From the NCBI GenBank assembly GCA_958295905.1, contig OY282382.1:3942910-4006909 (forward strand): 64,000 nucleotides of DNA, written 5' to 3'. The translations under genes were made by a program, and so were the position numbers. Source of the stretch: an uncultured Vicinamibacterales bacterium. GTDB taxonomy: Bacteria > Acidobacteriota > Vicinamibacteria > Vicinamibacterales > UBA8438. Under the pieces are notes generated by a model, which was not told the origin of the DNA, ran no database searches, and worked only from the letters and a program-made list of their open reading frames with translations. Positions 27,758 through 36,931 of the stretch are shown here, piece after piece; positions within the stretch are counted from its first letter, which is position 1, and the number at the start of each line of letters is the position of its first letter.

Positions 27758-28113
27758 CCAGGGGCATCCCGCGCTGACGGCGCGCGACGGCCCGCCCCCG
27801 ATTCGAGGGGTCGCCACCGTCTTGCCGACCGGCCGGCGCCGCGTGAGACCCACGATTCCGCACGTCCGGAGCCCCGGGACCCGCCACGTTCCGCCTGCGC
27901 ACAGCGGTGGCGGAGCGTGGGATGGTCCTGGAGACCGCGCAGGGGCATCCCACGCTGACGGCGCGCGACGGCCCGCCCCCGATTCGAGGGGTCGCCACCG
28001 TCTTGCCGACCGGCCGCCGCCGCGTGAGACCCACGATTCCGCACGTCCGGAGCCCCGGGATCCGCCACGATTCCGCCTGCGCACAGCGGTGGCGGAGCGT
28101 GGGATGGTCCTGG
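27758..28113 (+). repeat. Two tandem copies (period 181 bp) of the REP/MITE-like element
   Basis: Each copy has inverted termini CCAGGnnCATCCCACGCT / AGCGTGGGATGGTCCTGG and a single copy of the 36-bp core gtcgccaccgtcttgccgaccggcc(g/c)gcgccgcgtg. Confidence 0.85.
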
Positions 28114-28306
28114 GGACCGCGGGGCGCACGTCAAGAAAGGAGGCCCGCCGCTGGAAGTACCCGGCGTGACCGGCCCCCGGCGCCAAGCGCCGATAAAGCC
28201 CATCGCCGACCTGATCAGGGCCGGGGGCAGTCATTTCACCGATATGACGTGCACCCGGGGACCGCGTTCGCGCCGCCGCCGGCCGCGTTCGGCACCCCCG
28301 AACGCA

Positions 28307-29659
28307 TCAATAGTCGGCCGCATCCAGCGAGAAGCTGACGATCTCCTCGTCGTTCCGGGTCAACACATGCCGGTTGGCGTAGGCGGGATGGACCCAGTTG
28401 ACGCTGCGCAGCTCCCGCCGGTTGCCGGGGAGGGAGGTCGGCTCGATCAGCCGGGTGCGGCTGATCTCGTCGTAGCCGGCCGGGCTCATCCGGGCGATGA
28501 TCAGCTCGCCCCGGTCGTTGTTGAGGAACACCCGGTCGCGGTTCTTGACCATGAACCCCGACACCCAGCGGCGGCGCTCCACGGTGGCGGCCTGGGTCTC
28601 CCAGATGCGCTCGCCGGTCTCGGCGTCCAGACACCGGAGCTGGCCGTAGCTGCAGATGCCGTAGATGTACCCGCCGTCGATGATCGGGGTGGCGAGCACC
28701 GCGTGCAGGCCCTCGGTGCGGATCTCGCTGTTGCTGTTTCCTTTCCAGGCGATGGCCGCCCCCGGGCGATCCTGATTGAGGGCCAGCATCATCGGACCGT
28801 CGTAGAACGTGGTGAAGAAGAGCCGGGCGCCCACCTGCACCGGCACCGCCACGGTCATGGCCCCGCCGACGACGTACGGCTGCCGCCAGTACGTCTCCCC
28901 CGTCACCGGGTCCAGCGAGGCGACCTCCTCGGGATTCCAGATGATGAGCTGCCGCGCCCCCCCGGCCTCGATGATGATGGGCTGCGCGACCCCGAGGTCC
29001 GCCTCGCTCGGCAGAGCCCGCCACCGCTCTTCCCCGGTCATCTTGTCGAAGGCGACGACGCGGGCGTCCGGCGAGCCGCCGACCAGGCAGATGAGCCGAT
29101 CGCCGTCGACGAGGGGGGCGCTCGCGAAGCCCCAGTCGAAGCCCCACTGCATGCGGTCGACGCCGTAGTCCCCGCCGTAGTGCTTGCGCCAGAGGATCTC
29201 GCCGGTGTCGACGGCGAGCGCCGACAGCATGCCGGTGCGGCCGAGCACGTACACCCGGTCGCCGTCGACGGTCGGGGTCGCCCCCGGCCCGATCTCCCAC
29301 TGGATGCCCGCGTAGTCCGCCTCCCACGACTGCGTCCACAGGATCTCGCCCGTCGCCTCGTCGAGGGCCAGCGCCCGCTCGACGCCGCGCATGCCCTGTT
29401 GCGGCTCCCAGTCGGTGATGAACACGCGGCCGTCGACGACCGACGGCCCCGAGTAGCCGGCCTCGATGGGCGTGCGCCAGCGCGCCTTCAGCCCGTCGTC
29501 GGGGAACGCGCGGACGATGCCGGTCTCGGTCCACACCCCGCGGCGCCCCGCGCCGCGGAACTCGGGCCAGTCGTCGGCCGCCACCTCCGCCGCCCCGCCG
29601 GCCAGGCCGGCCGCGCAGACCAGCGCCACGGTCAGTCTCGAGTGTCTCGAGTCAATCAT
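28307..29659 (-). CDS. PQQ-like / BamB-like beta-propeller repeat protein, exported
   Basis: Signal peptide MIDSRHSRLTVALVCAAGLAGGAA, then DWPEFRG and repeated propeller blades (G.I.W, DG.V...). Confidence 0.7.
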   Translation of the reverse strand: MIDSRHSRLTVALVCAAGLAGGAAEVAADDWPEFRGAGRRGVWTETGIVRAFPDDGLKARWRTPIEAGYSGPSVVDGRVFITDWEPQQGMRGVERALALDEATGEILWTQSWEADYAGIQWEIGPGATPTVDGDRVYVLGRTGMLSALAVDTGEILWRKHYGGDYGVDRMQWGFDWGFASAPLVDGDRLICLVGGSPDARVVAFDKMTGEERWRALPSEADLGVAQPIIIEAGGARQLIIWNPEEVASLDPVTGETYWRQPYVVGGAMTVAVPVQVGARLFFTTFYDGPMMLALNQDRPGAAIAWKGNSNSEIRTEGLHAVLATPIIDGGYIYGICSYGQLRCLDAETGERIWETQAATVERRRWVSGFMVKNRDRVFLNNDRGELIIARMSPAGYDEISRTRLIEPTSLPGNRRELRSVNWVHPAYANRHVLTRNDEEIVSFSLDAADY

Positions 29660-30036
29660 GCGTGCGTATCCCCAATCGAAGGCTTGCGTAGAGCCGTGGC
29701 TCGTCCGCCGAGAAGGACGAGCCGGGTTCCGATGGCCGCCGTCACCGGTGCGCATGCCGCACCCGCGGGCCGCCGGCCGATCATCGCGCCAAGAGCTCGG
29801 TGAAGCCGCCGGAACCCGTCGAGACCGGCGCCGACCCGTGCCGCCGACCGGTCACTCCGCGCCAGAAGTCCTGTCGCGGTAACGCACCTGCATCCCATGG
29901 CGCCGGCCGCGCGCCGCCCGCCGGCCGGTCACCGCGCCGCGACCGCGGCGGAGCCGCCAGAAGCCCGTCGAGACAGGCACCCGGCCGCGCGCCGCCCGCC
30001 GACCGGTCACTGCGCCGCGACCGCGGCGGAGCGCTG

Positions 30037-30147
30037 GGAGTCTGCGCCGCAGAACGGTTTTGGGTCCGATTTGGCACAATATATAGCGGTCAATCACCAG
30101 AGCTTGCGCAACATATGGTGGTCATAATTTCCTGCGGCGCAGACTCC
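30037..30147. repeat. AT-rich 79-bp core flanked by perfect 16-bp inverted repeats (MITE- or structured-RNA-like)
   Basis: ggagtctgcgccgcag (30037-30052) and ctgcggcgcagactcc (30132-30147) are exact reverse complements. The core is visibly far less GC-rich than its surroundings. Confidence 0.8.
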
Positions 30148-30174
30148 TAGGCCGTCGAAACAGACGCCGGCCGG

Positions 30175-31125
30175 TCACTGCGCCGCGAGCTCGGTGTACA
30201 GCGCATCCACGGCCGCCGGCAGATTCGTCAGGTCGTAGCCGGCGTACCGGTCCGGCAGTTCCAGCGCCTCCGCGGCCTCCACGGCGCTGCGCCCCGCCGC
30301 GAACTCGCGCTCGACCGCGGCCACGAGGTCCCGGGTGAACGCGGCGTACTCGGCGAGGTCGTCCCAGGTCAGGAAACCGCTCCAGGCGCGGGCCGCGCCG
30401 CGATCGCGGCGCCCCCGGCCCGCGTAGGTCGTGGGGAACGGCCCGTGTCCGGTGATGACCCGGGCGACGCCGTCGATGGCCGCGACGGCGCGGTCCAGCG
30501 TCTCCGGGAAGGCGAGCCCGCTGCCGCCCCGCTCGAGATCGATGACCGGGACCGCCTTGTCGGGAAACAGGCCGCCCAAATAGGCGACGGCCTTCTCGGG
30601 AAAGACGACCACGACGTCGCCGTCGGTGTGGGCGGGACCGAAGTGGTGCAGCTCGATGCGATCGAGGTCGTCGAGCAGCGAGAAGCGATCGGTGAAGGTG
30701 GCGGTGGGCAGCCCCGGGCCGCCCTCAGCGTACCGGCCGTCGCGCAGCATCGCGGCCCGGGCGTTGGCATGCGCGATGATCGTCACCGCGTCGGGGAACT
30801 CCGCGTTGCTCCCCGCGTGTTCGGCGTGGGCATGGGTGTTGATGATGGTGGTCACCGGCAGGTCGGTCACCTGCTCGACGACCTCGCGGACCGCCCCGCC
30901 CCAGCCCGGCGGCTTCGTATCGATGAGGACCACGCCGCCGTTGATCTCGTCGATGAGGGCAAGGCCGTTCCCGCCGCCGCCCCCGAGGTGGTACAGCACG
31001 TCGCGGACGTTCAGGGTGTCGATCTCGACGATCCGCTCGGTCTGCGCGGCCGCCGGCGCGCCGGCGGCCCACGCCGCGACGGCGGCGGCCGCGCCAATCC
31101 ATCTCACGTAATCACTCCGGCGCAT
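30175..31125 (-). CDS. MBL-fold metallo-hydrolase, exported
   Basis: INTHAHAEHAGSN metal motif, and signal peptide MRRSDYVRWIGAAAAVAAWAAGAPAAA. Confidence 0.8.
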   Translation of the reverse strand: MRRSDYVRWIGAAAAVAAWAAGAPAAAQTERIVEIDTLNVRDVLYHLGGGGGNGLALIDEINGGVVLIDTKPPGWGGAVREVVEQVTDLPVTTIINTHAHAEHAGSNAEFPDAVTIIAHANARAAMLRDGRYAEGGPGLPTATFTDRFSLLDDLDRIELHHFGPAHTDGDVVVVFPEKAVAYLGGLFPDKAVPVIDLERGGSGLAFPETLDRAVAAIDGVARVITGHGPFPTTYAGRGRRDRGAARAWSGFLTWDDLAEYAAFTRDLVAAVEREFAAGRSAVEAAEALELPDRYAGYDLTNLPAAVDALYTELAAQ

Positions 31126-31221
31126 CCAGAACTCCTCGCCCGGGAACCGCCGCGGCGCGGCTCCGGTTCCCGCCCCGCCAACCCGCAAGAAGTCCGCCCC
31201 GCTGCCCGGCGCGCACCCCGG

Positions 31222-31453
31222 AAACGCTGACGGGAATCACCTTTAGCCGCGCGCCAAGCGCGCGAACCGCAGAAAACGGGCCGCGCCCAACGGAAATCAC
31301 TTGCCGCGCGCCAAGCGCGCGAAACCGCGGAAACGGGCCGCGTCCAACGGGAATCTCCCTGTCGCGCATCAAGCGCACGAACCGCGGAAAACGGGCCGCG
31401 TCCAACGGGAATCTCCCTGCCACGCACCAAGCGCGCGAAACCGCGAAAACAGG
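31222..31453. repeat. Four tandem ~57-59-bp units between the TIM-barrel gene stop and the MBL gene start
   Basis: The unit cgggaatc.c..gccgcgcgccaagcgcgcgaa.ccgcggaaaacgggccgcg.ccaa starts near 31222, 31282, 31339 and 31397. It contains a GCGCGC..GCGCGC hairpin. Confidence 0.85.
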
Positions 31454-31493
31454 CTGCCCAGGCGCCATGGCGGCTTCGTATCGATCACGGTCC

Positions 31494-32402
31494 TCACAGC
31501 ACCCCGGCCTGCTCCATCACCGCCTCGCACTTGCCCCGTATCTCGGTCGCCACCTCGAACGGATCCCCCTGCACCAGCTCCGCCCGGAACAGCTCGACCG
31601 AGAGGGCGCCGGTGAACTGCTTTTCGGCCAGCTTCTCGAGGATGCGCACCACGGGGGCGATGCCGTCGCCGGGAATCAGCCGCGAGTCGTTGTCGATGAG
31701 CTCCCGCGGCGTGTCGAGCAGGTCCTGGAAGTGGGTGTGGGCCAGCTCGCCCGGCTCGAGCAGGTCGAGGTCCTCGAACTTGCTCAGGCCCGACCAGAAG
31801 TGGAAGAAGTCGATCATCGGGCGGACGTTGGGGTGGGCGGCGGCCCGAATCGTCGCCAGCGACGACGTCAGCGTGGACAGATGGGTCGACGTGCGGGTGA
31901 ACTCGATCATCGCGGTCAGGTCGAACCCCGCGGTGATCTCCCCCACCTCGTGGATGCACGCGGGCGTCGCGTCGAAGTCGGCCGCGGTGACCGGCCGGTT
32001 CGTGATCGACGGCGAGTAGACCCTCTGCAGCCCCAGGCCGGCGAACTGCTCGCACCGCCGCCGCCACGTGTCGAGCGAGGCCGCCCGGGCCGGTCCCGGA
32101 ATCCACAGATCCGGCAGCACGATGGCGGCCGAGACCGGCGTCAGCCCCGCGTCGCTCAGCACGCGCCGCGCCGCCGCCAGGGTGTCGTTGGCGAGGAAGT
32201 CCACGAGCAGCCGGTCGGTCAGTTCGACGTAGCGGATGCCCGCCCGCGCCCAGCCCTCCAGCGACCCGCGGTAGCCGGCGCCGCGGGAGGTGTTCTGGTG
32301 CATGGCCAGCAGCATCCGGCCGGGCGCGGCCGACTGCGCCTGGACCAGCCGCGCCAGGGGGACGGCCAGCGGCGACAGCAGAAGATTACGTCTCGTCAGC
32401 AT
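31494..32402 (-). CDS. Sugar-phosphate isomerase/epimerase (xylose-isomerase-like TIM barrel) with a Tat-like signal
   Basis: N-terminus MLTRRNLLLSPLAVPLARLVQAQSA, and TIM-barrel family features (VELTD..., IEFTR, HFHFW). Confidence 0.7.
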   Translation of the reverse strand: MLTRRNLLLSPLAVPLARLVQAQSAAPGRMLLAMHQNTSRGAGYRGSLEGWARAGIRYVELTDRLLVDFLANDTLAAARRVLSDAGLTPVSAAIVLPDLWIPGPARAASLDTWRRRCEQFAGLGLQRVYSPSITNRPVTAADFDATPACIHEVGEITAGFDLTAMIEFTRTSTHLSTLTSSLATIRAAAHPNVRPMIDFFHFWSGLSKFEDLDLLEPGELAHTHFQDLLDTPRELIDNDSRLIPGDGIAPVVRILEKLAEKQFTGALSVELFRAELVQGDPFEVATEIRGKCEAVMEQAGVL

Positions 32403-32650
32403 GATTCCTACCCCGTAGTGGCAGCATCCGGCCAAGTTCGGCCGACTGCGCCTGGACCAGCCGCGCCGGGGACGCCGGCAGAAAGAATACACCTCGTCGG
32501 CAGGGATCCTACCCCGTAGTGGCCGGCATCCGGCCGGGTTCGGCCGACGGCGCCTGGACCAGCCGCGCCAAGGGGACGGCTAGGGGCGACAGCAGAAGAC
32601 CACGTCTCGTCAGCATGGACTCCTACCCCGTCGTGGGCCGGCCATCGGCG
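32331..32650. repeat. Triplicated ~102-112-bp unit comprising the start codon and signal-peptide coding end of the TIM-barrel gene
   Basis: cga(c/g)(t/g)gcgcctggaccagccgcgcc...tctcgtcagcatg..tcctaccccgt.gtgg starts at 32331 (authentic), 32443 and 32545. Confidence 0.85.
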
Positions 32651-32786
32651 ACCGCGGGTCCTCCCGCCGCCGGGGACCGGGCGGCTTCGCGGCGAGCCCG
32701 ACAACACGCCGCCTGCGGCGCCGCTTGCCGCCCAACCGCCCCGCCGGGGAGTCCGTGCGGCGGCGCCGTTCCGCCGCCGCCGACTT

Positions 32787-33803
32787 CTAGCGGCCGCCCG
32801 CCTCCGCTTCCTGCATGACCGCGCCGGCGAGGATGTTGTAGAGCCCGTAGTTGCCCTCGTGGCACGCATACTCGAACAGCGGCTGGTCGTTCTTCACCAT
32901 GGGAATCTGGTAGCTCCAGGGCCGGTCCCAGGCGTTGGGATCGTCGACCGTCACCTGATACATCAGCGTGCCCCCGGACACCCGCGTGAACCGCTCGACG
33001 AGGTTCAGATCGGCGGTCGTGACGCCGCCCCGGAAGCTGGTCTCGCGCAGGAAGTTGGTCGTCTCCACGACCAGGGTGTCGCCTTCCCAGCGCCCGCGCG
33101 AATCGCCCATCCACTGTCGGACCCCGTCCTCGACGTGCGGGCGGCCGTCGAGCGGGATCACGCGCGAGCTGTGCACCATCTCGTTGAGCAGGACCACGTG
33201 GTCGGGCGTCTGGAACACCTGGAGGTTCTGGTTGTAGCCGCCCGGGGTCATCGGCGGTCCGGAGTTGAAGCCGAGGAGGCAGCGGACCGCGAACATGCCC
33301 GGCCCGAGGTCCTCCACCCAACCGCCGGCGGTCGGCGAGTGGCGGTTGACGCCGGCCCGCGCCTGCCGCTGCGCCGCCTGCCGCGCCGCCGCGTCCGCCG
33401 ACAGGGCCGGCACCCGGCCGTCGGGCGGGTCGGTCACCAGCGACGTCTGCCGGGTCTCGCTGACCTTGTTCCCCGGGTCGAACCAGAACTGGTTGTAGTT
33501 GCCCACCACGTCGGCCGGCTCCTGGTCGTCGCGCACTTCGAACGCGGCGAGGCGTTCGGCCTCGTACTGCGCCGCCTCCTCGGGCGTGAACACCGCCTGG
33601 CCGGCCAAAGACTCGGGCCGCTCGAAGGGCGTCAGGGTGCGGAAGTCCCACACCCCGTTGAGGTCCGGGGCGCCCCACGCCGTCCGGGGCATCGCGCCCT
33701 CCCCGGCCGCCGCCGGCTGGGCCGGTGCCGCGCCGGGGGCGAGAGCCCCGGCCGCGAGAACGAGCCCTGCGCACACCGCCGCCGGATGTCGATGGATGAC
33801 CAC
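32787..33803 (-). CDS. EYACHEGNY-family secreted protein, paralog 3
   Basis: Same blocks. GTG at 33803 lies 5 nt after GGAGGAA, followed by a signal peptide. Confidence 0.75.
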   Translation of the reverse strand: MVIHRHPAAVCAGLVLAAGALAPGAAPAQPAAAGEGAMPRTAWGAPDLNGVWDFRTLTPFERPESLAGQAVFTPEEAAQYEAERLAAFEVRDDQEPADVVGNYNQFWFDPGNKVSETRQTSLVTDPPDGRVPALSADAAARQAAQRQARAGVNRHSPTAGGWVEDLGPGMFAVRCLLGFNSGPPMTPGGYNQNLQVFQTPDHVVLLNEMVHSSRVIPLDGRPHVEDGVRQWMGDSRGRWEGDTLVVETTNFLRETSFRGGVTTADLNLVERFTRVSGGTLMYQVTVDDPNAWDRPWSYQIPMVKNDQPLFEYACHEGNYGLYNILAGAVMQEAEAGGR

Positions 33804-33985
33804 GGACTTCCTCCTTCGCTGGGTTCCGTATCCGATCGAGCCTTCGATCGCGGCATCATCGCTCCGATGCCCGCGGCCGTCAACCCGCGCGCGGCGCCGG
33901 GGGCGCACGTCAAGAAAGTGAGGCGCAGAAGACGGCGGGGGGACGGCGGGAACGAATCCGCAACGTGTATGCTGAGCGCACGGCT

Positions 33986-34111
33986 GTGAAGACGATTACC
34001 ATCGACTTGGAATCGTACGAGTTGCTCGCCGCACGCAGGCGGCCGGGGGAATCCTTCAGCCGCGTGATCAAGCGCACCCTGCGGGACGAACGATACACGC
34101 CCCTTCGATGA
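33986..34111 (+). CDS. Small VapB/DUF217-like putative antitoxin, probably C-terminally disrupted
   Basis: Hand translation from the GTG gives [40 protein letters not shown]. This matches the tItI..e.Ye.L...k...eSFS.vI..l pattern of small CopG-like antitoxins (recalled from memory). No PIN toxin follows. Confidence 0.45.
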   Translation: MKTITIDLESYELLAARRRPGESFSRVIKRTLRDERYTPLR

Positions 34112-34404
34112 TCCCGGCGGCGATGGGATAGCCCGCCACGAGGTAGCGGTCGTCGTGCAGACACGGCGCGTATCTTCAGCAGGTGGTCGGCGCACCTGTC
34201 GACCGGCTTGCGCGGGTGTCCTTCGAGAAACCGGGCGACGGTCGCCACACGCCGCATCGCCGCCACCCGGCTGACCTTGCCCTTCGAGAATGCCCCGCAC
34301 GCGCGCCCAGGCCAGTGCGCCAACCTCGGGCTCCCCGCCTTCAACTCGAAGCAAGTTGGGGTGTGCCGATCTCGCAAGTTCAACAACGAGAGGGACAATC
34401 CCAC

Positions 34405-36891
34405 ATGAGCTGGCTAGATGATCTGGGGCGCGATCTGCGTCACGCGGTCCGCAGTCTGGGGCGCAACGCGGGCTTCACGGCCACCGTGACGCTCATCCTG
34501 GCGCTGGGCATCGGCGCCAACACCGCCATGTTCAGCATCGTCTACGGCGTCCTGCTACGGCCGCTCCCGTACCCGGACGCTGACGGCATCGTGCGCATCA
34601 GCGAGCCGCTGCTCGTGTCGAGTGCTTCGGAGTACCTGTCGAACCGATCGACGTTGCTGCTTCAGGGGAACGCGGAGTCCTTCGAGCAGATCGCCGTCCA
34701 CCAGGACATGACCGCCGATTGGGACGGCGCCAAGCTGACCGGCGGCAGGGTCTCGCCATCCCTGTTCCCGCTGTTGCGGGCCGCGCCGCACCTGGGGCGG
34801 CTGTTCCTGGACGAGGAGGCGGTGCCGGGCACGGCGAGCGTGGTGCTGCTGAGCCACGGCGCATGGACAAGCCGCTTCGGCGCCGATCCGTCCGTCGTCG
34901 GGACCACGATGAGTCTCAATGGTGATTCGCACCTCGTGGTCGGCGTGCTGTCCGAAGGGCTCAATTTCCCGTCCCCGAGCACCGAGTTCTGGGTGCCGTA
35001 CGTCATCCAGCCACCCGCCGATCAGGGTTCGGCGGGTGGCGTCGCATCTCCCGTGATCGGCCGGCTGCGCCCCGGTGTCTCCGCAGAGCAGGCAGCAGCC
35101 GAAATCGACAGCATCCTGCAAGACAACAGGACCCCGCTCCAGGCGCTGGTCGCCGCCGGCGGCGATGGCAATGCGCCGGGTGCCCGCGTGATCCCGCTGC
35201 TAGAGGAGATGGTCGGCGAGTACCGCCCCGCCCTCTGGATACTGACCGCCGTGGCAGTGCTCGCGTTGCTGGTCGCCGGTCTGAACGTCGCCGGTCTGCT
35301 CCTAGCCCGCGGCGTGGCCCGCCGGCGCCTGCTCGCCATCAGTGCGGCCCTCGGCGCCAGCCGCGGGAGGCTCGTGCGTCAGCTCCTGACCGAGAGCGTA
35401 GTGCTGACGCTGATCGGAGGCGCGGCGGGGCTGACCGTCGCCGGCCTGATCCTCAGCGCCGTACCTGCGCTCGCGCCGGTCGACGTCGCCCGCCTGGATG
35501 AGGTCGGGATCGACGGCACGGTGTTTGCTTTCACGGCAGGCCTGTCGCTCGTCGTCGGGCTGTTGTGCGGCGCCGGACCGGCACTCCAATGCTCCCAGGT
35601 CCGCCTCGTGGACGCCCTCAACGAGGGCAGTGCCGCCAGCGGCTCGCGCACTCACCGCTTGCGCACGGCGATGTCCGCGATGCAGGTCGCCGCGGCGGTC
35701 ATGCTGCTGATCGGCGCAGGGCTATTCGTCCAGAGCTTGGTCCAGCTCCTCACCTTCGACCGCGGCTTCGATCCTACCAACGTGATCACGATGGAGGTCT
35801 CGAACCCGCTGGGCGCTGCACCGCACGAGATGGCGACCCGGTTGCCCGAGATAACAACGATGCACCAGCAGTTCCACGAGCGCCTCGTCGACGAGGTGTT
35901 GCCCCGGATCCAGCCCCTTGCCGACGTGGAAGCCGTTGGCCTCTCCCGCAACGTGCCCTTCGGGCGCAATGTGTCCAGCAACGGCATCCTCCGGGTGGCC
36001 GGTACGCCCTTGTCGAGCGATCTGAACGAGAGGCCGCGTACGGCGCTGCAGGTGGTGAGCCCCGGCTACCTCGACACCCTGCGGTTCCGTCTGCGGGCCG
36101 GCCGCACGTTCACACCCCAGGACGGACGCGAGAGCCCGCGGGTCCTGGTCGCCAACGAGACGCTGGCCCGACAGCTCTTTGGCAATGAGCCGGCGGTCGG
36201 CCGGCGGGTGGACGTGGGTCCTGGCGAGCCGTGGGAGGTCGTCGGCGTCGTGGGCGACATCGTGTACGATGGCCTCGACCTTACGGGCGAGAGGCAGCCG
36301 GAGGCGTACTTCCCACTCGCCCAGGCCACCGACACGCTCTTCGGTTTCACCACGGGCGTGCGGATCTCCGTGAGGACCGCGAGCGGCTCGCTGGCCGTCG
36401 TCCCGTTCGTCCGCGAGGCTGTCACCGCGGCGAATCCGCAGGCGACCATCAGCGAGATCTCGACGATGGAGACGCGCCTGCTGAACGCCGTCGCCTGGCC
36501 GCGCCTCTATGTCTTCTTCGTCGGGTCGCTCGCCGGGCTTGCGCTGATCCTCGCGGCGGTCGGCATCTACGGCCTCCTCAGCTACACCGTGGCTCAGCGC
36601 GAGCGCGAGATCGGCATCCGCATGGCGTTGGGTGCCCGGAGTTCCCGGATCCTCGCGCTGGTGATTGGGCAGGGCGTCGTGCTGGTGGGCGTCGGAGGGT
36701 TGATCGGCGTGGGCGCCGCAACGGTATTCCGCCCGCTGCTAGAGAGCTTCCTCTACGGTGTAGCCGCCGGCGATAGCCTGTCGTTCCTGGTGGCACCTCT
36801 CGTTCTGGCCGCCGTTGCGCTGGCGGCCTGCTGGTTCCCGGCGCGGCGGGCGGCGCGCGTCGATCCCGTGGGGCTGCTGCGCCTCGAATAG
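34405..36891 (+). CDS. ADOP-family duplicated MacB/FtsX-type ABC transporter permease
   Basis: 828 aa. The N-terminus MSWLDDLGRDLRHAVRSLGRNAGFTATVTLILALGIGANTAMFSIVYGVLLRPLPYP is the hallmark ADOP start, and there are two FtsX-like halves. Confidence 0.85.
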   Translation: MSWLDDLGRDLRHAVRSLGRNAGFTATVTLILALGIGANTAMFSIVYGVLLRPLPYPDADGIVRISEPLLVSSASEYLSNRSTLLLQGNAESFEQIAVHQDMTADWDGAKLTGGRVSPSLFPLLRAAPHLGRLFLDEEAVPGTASVVLLSHGAWTSRFGADPSVVGTTMSLNGDSHLVVGVLSEGLNFPSPSTEFWVPYVIQPPADQGSAGGVASPVIGRLRPGVSAEQAAAEIDSILQDNRTPLQALVAAGGDGNAPGARVIPLLEEMVGEYRPALWILTAVAVLALLVAGLNVAGLLLARGVARRRLLAISAALGASRGRLVRQLLTESVVLTLIGGAAGLTVAGLILSAVPALAPVDVARLDEVGIDGTVFAFTAGLSLVVGLLCGAGPALQCSQVRLVDALNEGSAASGSRTHRLRTAMSAMQVAAAVMLLIGAGLFVQSLVQLLTFDRGFDPTNVITMEVSNPLGAAPHEMATRLPEITTMHQQFHERLVDEVLPRIQPLADVEAVGLSRNVPFGRNVSSNGILRVAGTPLSSDLNERPRTALQVVSPGYLDTLRFRLRAGRTFTPQDGRESPRVLVANETLARQLFGNEPAVGRRVDVGPGEPWEVVGVVGDIVYDGLDLTGERQPEAYFPLAQATDTLFGFTTGVRISVRTASGSLAVVPFVREAVTAANPQATISEISTMETRLLNAVAWPRLYVFFVGSLAGLALILAAVGIYGLLSYTVAQREREIGIRMALGARSSRILALVIGQGVVLVGVGGLIGVGAATVFRPLLESFLYGVAAGDSLSFLVAPLVLAAVALAACWFPARRAARVDPVGLLRLE

Positions 36892-36916
36892 GAGGGGCTG
36901 CTGGCGCAGCCCCTCC
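36891..36916 (+). terminator. 11-bp GC hairpin immediately after the ADOP stop (no U-tract)
   Basis: ggaggggctgc-tggc-gcagcccctcc. Confidence 0.4.
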
Positions 36917-36931
36917 CTGAATTCGGGGCGA

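Noticed and set aside
27758-28113. The tandem REP pair as a possible second CRISPR array (the 36-bp core recurs at a 181-bp period).
   Set aside because: The would-be spacers are the same sequence in both units, and the period is far from repeat plus spacer. This is a tandem duplication of a whole element.
30078-30095. Sigma-54-like TGGCAC-N-..GC in the AT-rich island.
   Set aside because: The GG-to-GC spacing is off by one and the -12 element is AGC, not TTGC. No enhancer-binding-protein gene is nearby.
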